Origin: a virus
Lineage: Duplodnaviria; Caudoviricetes
Virus record (IMG/VR): IMGVR_UViG_3300037851_000519
Coordinates: 1-25,735 of that record
Direction: 5' to 3' (one strand)
DNA: 25,735 bases
The notes beneath the pieces are model-generated. The model had not been told where the DNA came from. It searched no databases and worked only from the letters and a program-made list of their open reading frames with translations. The position numbers were made by a program, and so were the translations under genes. Each line of letters begins with the position of its first letter. The first letter of the stretch is position 1. Shown one piece after another: positions 1 through 7,989 of the stretch.

Positions 1-50
1 AAAACAGGGGCGTTGTCGGGGCAAGCATTGGGGCGATAGGCGCCTAAATC

Positions 51-95
51 AAACAAGGGCAATCCGCGCGGGGAAGCGGATTGCCCTTGTTTTCT
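51..95. terminator. Perfect 17-bp inverted repeat, probable (bidirectional) intrinsic terminator
   Basis: AAACAAGGGCAATCCGC (51-67) / GCGGATTGCCCTTGTTT (76-92), 8-nt loop; the arms end in A and T tracts. Confidence 0.6.
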
Positions 96-98
96 GCT

Positions 99-134
99 TC
101 ATGGTTTCGATAAGTATTATTATCGAAACCATGA
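99..134. repeat. Perfect 15-bp inverted repeat
   Basis: TCATGGTTTCGATAA (99-113) / TTATCGAAACCATGA (120-134), 6-nt spacer GTATTA. Function unknown. Confidence 0.85.
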
Positions 135-437
135 CTTTGTGACTAAAATTGTCACGAAACCCGCATTTTATAACAGTTAGTGTGCCTTTCAGGCCACTAA
201 TCGAAATGAAATGCAACCAGCCGAAATTTACAAAGTGTAAACAAGAAAGTAAGTTATTTACATTTCGCGACCCAAGTGCAAATTGGCAAATCGGATACTT
301 CTTTTATTCCTGCTCCCCTGCCCTACCAAGCTTTCCGGTTATACCAGTATGACTACGCGAATATTAGAAAATGCTGGATAAATGTGGGATATGTGGTATA
401 TTTGTTCTAATTTCATAGGCGTGTGCCTCTTGCAAAT

Positions 438-474
438 CGATTGCGCGGATCTCCACCGCGCAATCGGCCTTTTT
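438..474 (+). terminator. Intrinsic terminator-like hairpin upstream of the operon promoter
   Basis: CGATTGCGCGG (438-448) / CCGCGCAATCG (456-466), 7-nt loop, then GCC and TTTTT (470-474). Confidence 0.65.
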
Positions 475-488
475 AATAAATTTTACCC

Positions 489-540
489 TTGACAAAAGAT
501 AAATATGTTATAATTTTAGAACATTTAGTATAGATATAAT
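489..540 (+). promoter_or_regulatory. Sigma70-type promoter region for the structural operon
   Basis: AT-rich stretch with TTGACA (489-494), a perfect extended -10 TGTTATAAT (506-514) and a second TATAAT (535-540). The TTGACA-TATAAT spacing is only 14 bp, so the extended -10 is the better supported element. Confidence 0.6.
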
Positions 541-553
541 TTTTATTTGATGA

Positions 554-597
554 GGCGCTCACATTTGCATATTGCAGGTGTGAGCGCCGTTGTTTTT
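554..597 (+). terminator. Leader hairpin with U-rich tail (possible attenuator) between promoter and portal gene
   Basis: GGCGCTCACA (554-563) / TGTGAGCGCC (579-588), extendable to 16 bp with two G-U pairs, followed by GTTGTTTTT. Confidence 0.55.
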
Positions 598-616
598 AAC
601 GAGTTCGAGGAAATTA

Positions 617-2188
617 GTGGCCTTACCATTCAAAATACTTTCTGCACGCATGAAATCACCTGAGGATATCCCTGGATATCCGCAAAATGATTATTTAACT
701 AATTTGCGGAAATACCAGGAATTAGAGCAGTGGTTTACTGGTGAGGCACTTAGAGAGGTTATCAATACACAGACCTCCGCAGTAGAAAAATTCCCCATTC
801 GGATTAACCCTGTTTATCGAACTGTACTAAAGCATGCCCAAAGTTTATTCGGGGAATACCAGGATGACGCAGAGGGACCACTCGTTATGCCCAAAGTGCG
901 AAAGCTCGACGGATCATCCGACGATACAACTCTAAAGTACGAACAAATTTTAGAGGCATTATGGTCTGACAATAGCGGTTCTGCCTCGCAGATGCGCAAT
1001 GGCATTTTTAGTCAGATTTATGGTAATTGCGTTTTCCGGCTGGCCTATGATCCATTCGACAAATTCCTGACCAATCGCTTGCGAATTGACCACATTGTTC
1101 CATACGAGTTTGTGGGTTACTCGTATCCTGATAATCCGTGGATGTTCAATGAAGCCTGGATCATCAGGAAAATATCGCGCAAAACTGCTGCGCAATATGG
1201 GTATGAAGTTGATCAGCCTACTGCTTATTATATTGAGAAGTGGACGACAATGGAATACGGCATTTACATCAACGGCGATCCGATTTCTATGGTGTTCGAG
1301 GATGAGGATTTCGTGTTTCAGAATGAAAATCCGTTTGGTTTTGTCCCATTTGTTCAGATTCCACATATTTGGGCAGTTGACCCAAACGGCGATTCGCTGA
1401 TCACCGACACCGTTACTGGTATTGTGAAAGAATACAATGCCAGATTTGCGGACGCCGGAGATGCAATCTCGAGCGATACGCATGTAACAGCAGTCATGAA
1501 GAATGTTCGTGGCACTCCGCAGGTAATAAATATAACCCCGAATCTCCGTGTAATAAACCTGGGGAGTACACAATCTCTTACTGGTGCAGGCGATAAAGAG
1601 CCGGGGCTCGAATTCCCGGAACGGCAACGCCTGGCGCCAACCATTATCGATGTCCTCCGCGAGCTATACTCCGAATATAGGCGCGAGGTATCTGTTCCTG
1701 CCGTTGCGGAAGGCGAGGACGAGGGATCACAACGATCGTCCCTGACGTTGACGACCAGGATGCAACCACTGGCTGCACATATCCGTATGGAGCGCATTAA
1801 TTGGTCTGTTGCACTTCGCATATTGCATCGAATGGGACTGATTATGCTTGCGACAATTGGAACGCCAGGTGTAGTCGCAGAAGAAATAAACGGTTTACGC
1901 ATATCATCGCGCTGGTATCCGATACTGCCGCGCGATCGCGAAATGTTGATTAACGAGCTGTCGGTACGCTCGTCTAATGATCTTGGTTCTATTGCACATT
2001 TGCTCGATCTTACTGGCGATATCGAGGACGTTGACGCCGAGATAGAAAAGATTCTGGCATGGAAGAAGCAGCTATCAGAAGCTACGGCAAAGCCCGAAGA
2101 ATCTCAACCGGAGTCAAAATCGTCATCGCAAAGTACAGCCGCGCGCGAAAAGAAAGAGACCAAGAAAGCAAGTAAGTCCGACAAGTAA
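617..2188 (+). CDS. Portal protein (SPP1 gp6-like)
   Basis: Track ORF 590-2188; start moved to in-frame GTG 617 behind GAGG (607-610), 523 aa. Portal-like motifs NPFGFVPFVQIPH (1328-1366), GDSLI and WYPILPRDRE, a charged disordered C-terminus, and first position in the head module. Confidence 0.85.
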   Translation: MALPFKILSARMKSPEDIPGYPQNDYLTNLRKYQELEQWFTGEALREVINTQTSAVEKFPIRINPVYRTVLKHAQSLFGEYQDDAEGPLVMPKVRKLDGSSDDTTLKYEQILEALWSDNSGSASQMRNGIFSQIYGNCVFRLAYDPFDKFLTNRLRIDHIVPYEFVGYSYPDNPWMFNEAWIIRKISRKTAAQYGYEVDQPTAYYIEKWTTMEYGIYINGDPISMVFEDEDFVFQNENPFGFVPFVQIPHIWAVDPNGDSLITDTVTGIVKEYNARFADAGDAISSDTHVTAVMKNVRGTPQVINITPNLRVINLGSTQSLTGAGDKEPGLEFPERQRLAPTIIDVLRELYSEYRREVSVPAVAEGEDEGSQRSSLTLTTRMQPLAAHIRMERINWSVALRILHRMGLIMLATIGTPGVVAEEINGLRISSRWYPILPRDREMLINELSVRSSNDLGSIAHLLDLTGDIEDVDAEIEKILAWKKQLSEATAKPEESQPESKSSSQSTAAREKKETKKASKSDK

Positions 2189-2277
2189 GCAATTCCCCTC
2201 ACATTCGACATTTGACAATTGAATATGAAAATGGACGGTTTTGTCCATTTATCTAATTTTTGATTAGGAGATTAGAA

Positions 2278-2925
2278 ATGCCCGAACCTATTGAAAGCCC
2301 TGTAGTTACCGGAGGCGATTCTGGTGTAAGTGGCACGTCTGGTACTGCCACCATTGTCGCGCCTGCCGCAGTTACACCGGCCGCAACGACACCCCCATCA
2401 GATGGGGAAGATTGGAAAAAGAGATTTACCGGCCTGCAAGGTAGTTACGAGAAACAGCGCCAAGAACTTGTCTCAGCGCGAACTCGTATTTCCGAATACG
2501 AGGCATCGATCGCCGGGATGGACGCAGAAAGGCAAGCACAATTGCAAAAACTCACCGAGCTCGAGCAACGCGTTGGGCAACTAGCGCCTGTTCAGGCACA
2601 GTACGAAAGGCTGCAAATTATTGCAAAGGAGTTCCCGGATCTTCTCGATTGGGAAGCTGATGGCCTCCTGCCGACAGTTACCGGAGATGAGTTGCGCACA
2701 AAGCTAACCGCTCTGAAAGCCAAGCGCCAGGCTGCTCCTGTCGCTCCCACGGCTCCATCCTTGAAGGGCGCTGTACCGTCTACTCCGCCATCGCAAGCTC
2801 CGCAAACTGCACAGGATATGTTAAATGCGGCAATGTCGGCGATGAGGGCCGGGAAGCTCGATGAATACACCGGTTATTACGATCAATGGTTGACGCTATC
2901 AGCCAAATCAAATGGAGGATCCTAG
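2278..2925 (+). CDS. Capsid scaffolding protein
   Basis: ATG 2278 behind AGGAG (2266-2270), 215 aa. Low-complexity N-terminus, DWKKRFTGLQGSY followed by coiled coil, Pro/Ala linker and short C-terminal helices; lies between portal and capsid. Confidence 0.75.
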   Translation: MPEPIESPVVTGGDSGVSGTSGTATIVAPAAVTPAATTPPSDGEDWKKRFTGLQGSYEKQRQELVSARTRISEYEASIAGMDAERQAQLQKLTELEQRVGQLAPVQAQYERLQIIAKEFPDLLDWEADGLLPTVTGDELRTKLTALKAKRQAAPVAPTAPSLKGAVPSTPPSQAPQTAQDMLNAAMSAMRAGKLDEYTGYYDQWLTLSAKSNGGS

Positions 2926-2927
2926 TT

Positions 2928-3326
2928 ATGAGCGTGAAAACTCAATTTCTTGCCACGCATCAGCAAAGCGACGGCGACGCCTTGCTGCCATATTTGAAAG
3001 AATACGATTATGGCGTTGCTGATCTGGTATCCGATAAGTACACAATTCCTGTTCCAGCCGGCTCGCTGATTTTGGGCGTGACGCATGTCGTTACCCAGGT
3101 CTGGAATGGCACAACGCCAGTTGTTGATGTTGGAGACGGAACTGACGCCGATGCGTTTATCGCTGCCGCATCAACGGCGACTCTCAATGCTGTTGCATCG
3201 TCTCTTGCTGGCGCTGCGGCCAATGCCGGAGGCTATTACTTTCCAGCGTCCGGAAAAATCGTTCTCACGCACACCACCGCGGCAACCACTGGTGCGTCGA
3301 AGGTGCTTGTGCAATATGCCTATTAA
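2928..3326 (+). CDS. Capsid cement/decoration-like small beta-sandwich protein
   Basis: ATG 2928 behind GGAGG (2914-2918), 132 aa. The pattern VPAGSLILGV..VTQVWN..VDVGDGTDADAFI..TTG..VLVQY resembles jelly-roll cement proteins (BPP-1 Bbp16-like); adjacent to the capsid gene. Confidence 0.6.
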   Translation: MSVKTQFLATHQQSDGDALLPYLKEYDYGVADLVSDKYTIPVPAGSLILGVTHVVTQVWNGTTPVVDVGDGTDADAFIAAASTATLNAVASSLAGAAANAGGYYFPASGKIVLTHTTAATTGASKVLVQYAY

Positions 3327-3348
3327 ATCCTGTTTTGGGGCAGGATTT
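3325..3348 (+). other. Short intergenic hairpin
   Basis: AAATCCTG (3325-3332) / CAGGATTT (3341-3348) with a TTTTGGGG loop. Weak terminator or mRNA-stability element. Confidence 0.4.
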
Positions 3349-3378
3349 TAATTTCCTACAGGGAGAAGGAGACTCACT

Positions 3379-4785
3379 ATGCCTGTATTTGAGCAGTATT
3401 ACGACTTAAACCCGATTGCGGTTATTGATCAGGACCAATGGGATTTTCGTTATCCCGAAGTCGCCCTGCTTTTCCGCAATTCGGCTGTATATACTCCCCT
3501 AATCGACTGGACGAATGATCCGGCCAAGTTGGGAGTCATGGGCACTATCGTTACCGAGTTGATCGAGGGCGATACCAATGCCGACGAAATTCCGTTCGAC
3601 GCGATGTATATCGATGCCCAGGGCGTTGATAGTCGATCGCGTACCTATAGCGTGAAACGCTATGGTGGAAAGGTTCAACTCAAGAAATACGAGAATCTTT
3701 TCACTCAGTGGCAAAAGGCTGGCGGGCGTGATTGGCGTCCCTTACTACGCGGCCTGCTCGGGCAGGACGTTTTACGCAAACACGAAATCCTGGCGCGCAA
3801 TATTTTCTTGCGCTCCCCGAAGGATCGCTGGACATACGGCGGCAACGCTACGAGCATTGGAACTATTGATAGTTCCGATATTTTCAATCTCGCATCTGTT
3901 CTGGATTGGAACTTCCGGCTTGGCAATACTGGTTCTCCGGTCATTCCTGGGGATGCTGCATCTGCGAAGGTCGCTATTGTCCCGCCTGGGATCGAGTATG
4001 ACATCCGCAAGGGCCTGGCGGCTGCGTCCGGCAACGAGGCCGCAATGTGGCGCGACGCGCGGCTGTATGCTGGCCAAACCTTGAACTACGAACTCGGCGA
4101 ATACTCCGGTGTACGTTTTATCAAGGCGCCGAATGATAAGTTTGGGATCAATCCTGCGGTTTTATACAACACCGGGGCGATCACCAAACAGTATGGCGTC
4201 TCAGAGCGCATCAATGCCGGTGACGGTTCTCCTGATCCCGAAACGACCAAAGTTGATGAAACCTGGTCAGTCGGGCAGAAGAATGTTACCCACTACATTC
4301 AGCTCGAAGATTTTGCTCAGAACGATTTCGCCTTGAATGATATCGTCACCATTCACACCCGGCGAACAAGCGCATATGGCGTTACCAATGGTGTCGATCC
4401 ACTCGATGGTACTGCTATCCATCGGCGTGTTGTTGCCGTGGATTACACCAACAATCGCCTTTCGTTTGATCGGCCTGTAATGTGGAGCTATCAAGTTCCG
4501 ATGGTTGCTACTCCTGTGTCCGGCGCGGCAGGTACGTACTACGCATTCGTGACTAAGGCCAAGGCAATCGGTATGGTTCTGGTGATGGGGTCACGTGGCG
4601 GCGTTTTGGGTGCGACTGCTGATCCGCTCAAGTTCTACGAGCCGAAACCAATCGATGACTTCGACAGCGTTTGGCGCTTCTCTTACGATATGGTTCTTGG
4701 CCATAACGTTTGGGAGCCAAACTATTTCGAGCTGCATTTCTGCGCCGTTTCTCAGCCAAAGCCTGGCGGGATCGTAGCGCCGTAG
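3379..4785 (+). CDS. Major capsid protein (HK97 fold, N4 gp56-like)
   Basis: AAGGAG RBS, 468 aa. AIVPPGIEYDIR...W...YA...YELGEYSGVRFIK matches the N4-gp56-family pattern; C-terminal PIDDFDSVWRFSY; follows the scaffold. Confidence 0.85.
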   Translation: MPVFEQYYDLNPIAVIDQDQWDFRYPEVALLFRNSAVYTPLIDWTNDPAKLGVMGTIVTELIEGDTNADEIPFDAMYIDAQGVDSRSRTYSVKRYGGKVQLKKYENLFTQWQKAGGRDWRPLLRGLLGQDVLRKHEILARNIFLRSPKDRWTYGGNATSIGTIDSSDIFNLASVLDWNFRLGNTGSPVIPGDAASAKVAIVPPGIEYDIRKGLAAASGNEAAMWRDARLYAGQTLNYELGEYSGVRFIKAPNDKFGINPAVLYNTGAITKQYGVSERINAGDGSPDPETTKVDETWSVGQKNVTHYIQLEDFAQNDFALNDIVTIHTRRTSAYGVTNGVDPLDGTAIHRRVVAVDYTNNRLSFDRPVMWSYQVPMVATPVSGAAGTYYAFVTKAKAIGMVLVMGSRGGVLGATADPLKFYEPKPIDDFDSVWRFSYDMVLGHNVWEPNYFELHFCAVSQPKPGGIVAP

Positions 4786-4859
4786 GATAGGGCAGCGTGA
4801 CTGATGGAAGTTTGGACGTTGTACTTGATAACGCCAATCTCGCGTCCTCTGGAGTAGGT

Positions 4860-5504
4860 ATGGCCACTCTGTCGAGTCTAAAAGAGAGACTAATACGGCT
4901 GCTTGGAGATACCATTGAGGCCGGTTCAAGTCCGCTCGGAGGCAAACTGTATAGTGCCGACCTCTTGGCTGACGGAATACGTGCCGGCCTCGATGCCATA
5001 CTTCAATATGTACCGGATATAAAAACAGTAGACTTTGTACAGATTGGTACTCAGAACTCCTATAGTCTGCCAGCCGATTTGTATCGCATAGAGGCGATAC
5101 AGAGCCTCGCTACAGGCGAGTATATTCAAGAACTAAATTTCTTTGAAGATCGGCTGGCAGACCTGCTCTGGCTGGATGCTCCAACGGGTTACGTCACCTT
5201 CTCTTACACATTGCCGACCAATGGCATAAGGATGTATTACTCCGCAAAATGGAGCTCTCCATCTGGCGACAACGATACGATTGCGTCGCCGGGTATCACG
5301 CATGTTGGGATACTTTTATATGCTGCAAGCTATTGCAAGTTACCGCGCGCTGGCCTGGCCTCTATGACTAGGCAATATCTGTCAAAAGAAATCGACAGTG
5401 GCACTCCAATCATGAATCCAGAAATGGATGCTAGCACATACTTCCTCAAGCGGTATGAGGACTATATGCGCCAGTTGCCCGCAATCAAAAAGGGGATGCG
5501 CTAA
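4860..5504 (+). CDS. Head-tail adaptor/connector protein
   Basis: ATG 4860 behind GGAG (4851-4854), 214 aa; the track start is GTG 4797. N-terminal MATLSSLKERLIRLLGD helix, YSLPADL motif and helical C-terminus are typical of adaptors; follows the capsid gene. Confidence 0.7.
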   Translation: MATLSSLKERLIRLLGDTIEAGSSPLGGKLYSADLLADGIRAGLDAILQYVPDIKTVDFVQIGTQNSYSLPADLYRIEAIQSLATGEYIQELNFFEDRLADLLWLDAPTGYVTFSYTLPTNGIRMYYSAKWSSPSGDNDTIASPGITHVGILLYAASYCKLPRAGLASMTRQYLSKEIDSGTPIMNPEMDASTYFLKRYEDYMRQLPAIKKGMR

Positions 5505-6050
5505 ATGACTCACGTTGTGAGGCAAATTCTCGAAGAAATCGCTGAAGAGTTGACGTTGGTGTGCCAAACCAATGTTGATCCAGACGATGGCGCATATGCC
5601 GATATTGTCAAAGTGGGTAGATTTCAGGACGATCCCATATCGTCAAACATCGCCATTTCTGTAATTGGCGGCGATCCGGAGGATACAAAATATCGCGACG
5701 GAATAGTATCGCTTGGCGATACAGACGATTTGGACATCAATGTCCCCCCACGAGAAATCGGAGGCGGTGAATACTGGTGGAGGCGTGGAGTTATCGTTAT
5801 CAGTTGCTTTTTTATAAATGAGCAATTCTCTGAGAGCACAGCCGCAGATTACGCGTATACGGTTTTACAGCGAGTACAAAGTGTTCTCGATAACGATGGT
5901 CTTGTCGCAGGTTTAACGGGCGACGATGGTGAAACAGCATTGCTTTTGCTGAATGGCGGCAATACTTTTTTTCAATCTGGCGGACCTCCAACCAATTACA
6001 TCTGGCGAGGCCGCTGTTACTGGCAGGCTCTTACAGAGAGGCCAAGCTAA
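5505..6050 (+). CDS. Tail completion/terminator-like protein
   Basis: 181 aa acidic alpha/beta protein, abutting the previous stop (TAAATG) and directly before the tail tube gene. Assigned mainly by position. Confidence 0.55.
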   Translation: MTHVVRQILEEIAEELTLVCQTNVDPDDGAYADIVKVGRFQDDPISSNIAISVIGGDPEDTKYRDGIVSLGDTDDLDINVPPREIGGGEYWWRRGVIVISCFFINEQFSESTAADYAYTVLQRVQSVLDNDGLVAGLTGDDGETALLLLNGGNTFFQSGGPPTNYIWRGRCYWQALTERPS

Positions 6051-6068
6051 TTACTGGAGGAGAACACT

Positions 6069-7163
6069 ATGGCTATTACTGCTCAAAGTGGCGCAATCGG
6101 TATGTCGATCAATGCAGGTGGAGCGAAGGACGGGGCTAATGCAAGCTGGCATCGCGTCCGCGCGCTTGCTACCGATATGTCAATCCTGGACGATACTCGT
6201 ATCGGCCCAGGTGAGATCGGTGGGATCGTTACTCCGACTATGCCCTACAAGGCCGGGTATTCGGTCGCCGGAGGCATGACTGTAATGCCACGGCTAAAAG
6301 AAACGTTTGGATGGTATTTGCTCGCCGCTCTTGGCGAGGATGCTGTCACCACTGGCAAGGATATCGATGATACTTCGGTGGTCGGACTTAACAAGCACGT
6401 TATGTCATTCAAGACAACGGATTCTGCATTTGTGCCGTATGTCAGTTTCCGCAAGCTGATCCCCAATCCGACAGCCGGAGATATTCTCGGTGAAATTTAC
6501 AAGAACTGCAAAATCCTTGGTCTTACTATGGATTTCCCTGGCGAAGGGCCTCTGCAATTCCGTATCGATGCTGCTGGCCTGGACTTTACGCTAGCCGAAA
6601 ATCCATCGTGGACCTGGGCCGCAGCTTACGAGGACTGGCAAAGTGTGCCGATCTCGTGCGTGACTGGCGGAACGGTCAAGGCCACTCCGCTTGGCGCCAG
6701 CGAGCAAACTCTGGATGTCGTTTCCGCGTCAGTGTCCCTGGTGAATGCCCCGCTTGATTTCAGGCAGGAGAAGAAATTCGGGTCTCCGTTACTGGATGGC
6801 ATCACCGTCGTCAATCGCGCCGTTACGTTCGATATGATCGTGAAGTGGAACAATCCCAATCTGTATCAGGAAATGCTGACCGGGGCGGCAGCCGGTACGG
6901 CGTGGACTGCATCGCCGTTTGTGGCAAAGGTTGAGATTACTGCTCTAACGAGCAAGTTGATCGGAACTGCTCCGCTGAACGTGCCCTGGAAAGTGCGTGT
7001 TTCGTGCCCCGAGGTCAATCTTGCGCAGGTTGGCGGGGTTGCATTGGTTGCTAGTCAGAGTTTGATGATGCGCGTGCGCGGCACTGCTATCGAACCGGGC
7101 TCCGGCTCGTATGCATCAGTTACTTTCCACAACGAGAAAGCAACGGCATACGCTATTCCGTAA
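6069..7163 (+). CDS. Major tail tube protein
   Basis: GGAGG RBS, 364 aa, beta-rich with tube-like segments (VAGGMTVMP, YKNCKILGLTMDF, RAVTFDMIVKW). Precedes the chaperone pair and TMP. Confidence 0.75.
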   Translation: MAITAQSGAIGMSINAGGAKDGANASWHRVRALATDMSILDDTRIGPGEIGGIVTPTMPYKAGYSVAGGMTVMPRLKETFGWYLLAALGEDAVTTGKDIDDTSVVGLNKHVMSFKTTDSAFVPYVSFRKLIPNPTAGDILGEIYKNCKILGLTMDFPGEGPLQFRIDAAGLDFTLAENPSWTWAAAYEDWQSVPISCVTGGTVKATPLGASEQTLDVVSASVSLVNAPLDFRQEKKFGSPLLDGITVVNRAVTFDMIVKWNNPNLYQEMLTGAAAGTAWTASPFVAKVEITALTSKLIGTAPLNVPWKVRVSCPEVNLAQVGGVALVASQSLMMRVRGTAIEPGSGSYASVTFHNEKATAYAIP

Positions 7164-7176
7164 ATCAATACATAAC

Positions 7177-7202
7177 GGCAGGGGAATAGCTATTCCCCTG
7201 CC
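7177..7202. repeat. Perfect 26-bp palindrome after the tail tube gene
   Basis: GGCAGGGGAATAG|CTATTCCCCTGCC with no spacer; no clear U tract follows. Confidence 0.85.
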
Positions 7203-7228
7203 AAATTTCAATATCAGGAGATACAGAA

Positions 7229-7660
7229 ATGGCCAAACCATTCAAGCTAATTGCACCAATCGAGAAAACATTCGCTCTTACGCGTACGGATGAGCTATTT
7301 GACTCCGATGGAACCGTAGTTACTGTTCGTCAGGCGAGCCAGGCGCAACACGAATTGAGAGAAGCGATGTGGGACACTTTCGTTCGAGAGGAACGTACTG
7401 ACGACGAACTCCCGGATGGTGTTGCGGTCCGCTATGAGCAAAAGTTTTCGTTTCTTGAACTTATGCGAGTTGAGGCTCAGCTAACAGTTGTCGAGTCCAA
7501 CATCATGACGTTGGATGATAGCCAGTTATTCTGGCGCGGTATGAGCAAGGCTCAATTCGACAAAGCCTGGGGTCAACTACCTGCTGCTGTTTGCAGCGAA
7601 ATACACGCGAAGGTCCTGGAGGCCAACCCGGATTGGGCCCGCCCAAACCAGACGGCGTAG
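7229..7660 (+). CDS. Tail assembly chaperone (gpG-like)
   Basis: AGGAG RBS (7216-7220), 143 aa, acidic; sits between tube and TMP and ends at a slippery heptamer. Confidence 0.75.
   Translation: MAKPFKLIAPIEKTFALTRTDELFDSDGTVVTVRQASQAQHELREAMWDTFVREERTDDELPDGVAVRYEQKFSFLELMRVEAQLTVVESNIMTLDDSQLFWRGMSKAQFDKAWGQLPAAVCSEIHAKVLEANPDWARPNQTA
7642..7648 (+). promoter_or_regulatory. Programmed -1 ribosomal frameshift site C CCA AAC
   Basis: X XXY YYZ heptamer in the correct phase, 3 sense codons before the G stop. The -1 frame is open to 7989. Confidence 0.7.
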
Positions 7661-7989
7661 GGGGAGTAGATCGTGTAAATGTAAAAATTGACGGCCTCAA
7701 GGATGCTATTCGCGAATATCTGGGTGGCCTCAATGAGGTAAGAGCAGGTGGTAGGGCAAGTCAAATGCCGCCCAAGCCCGAGGCGATGATCCTATATGAA
7801 CAGTGTTTAAACATGCAAATTCCTATAGTACAAGGTGGTCTCCGCGATCAGCCGCATATCTGGTTATTGGAATGGCGGGTGATCCAGCAAGAGTTAGAGC
7901 TATGGGAAGCTGTTCATCGTAGGAACAATGAGGCCGTAAATGCCGCGCAAAGCCAAGAATTCACCAGCCCATTCACAAGTCCTTTCTAG
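7648..7989 (+). CDS. Tail assembly chaperone T segment (C-terminal part of a ~253-aa G-T frameshift product)
   Basis: Track ORF 7591-7989 lies in the -1 frame of G. It has no convincing own start or RBS near its 5' end and contains GGLRDQPHIWL, typical of pre-TMP proteins. Confidence 0.65.
   Translation, partial: PDGVGGVDRVNVKIDGLKDAIREYLGGLNEVRAGGRASQMPPKPEAMILYEQCLNMQIPIVQGGLRDQPHIWLLEWRVIQQELELWEAVHRRNNEAVNAAQSQEFTSPFTSPF

Noticed and set aside
149-352. 67-aa ORF in the leader
   Set aside because: TTG start inside a hairpin, no RBS and no recognisable motif; probably spurious, though not excluded.
395-530. Possible LexA (GAAC-N4-GTTC type) boxes at 395-410 and 516-530
   Set aside because: Only one good half-site each (TGTTCTAA / TTAGAACA); too degenerate in an AT-rich region to call.
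2212-2250. TTGACA and an 8-bp hairpin upstream of the scaffold gene as an internal promoter or terminator
   Set aside because: No -10 hexamer at 16-18 bp spacing; the hairpin is short and AT-rich.
6069-7163. Contractile sheath, tailocin or eCIS interpretation
   Set aside because: Portal, scaffold and capsid are present, and no sheath or wedge genes are recognisable in the window.
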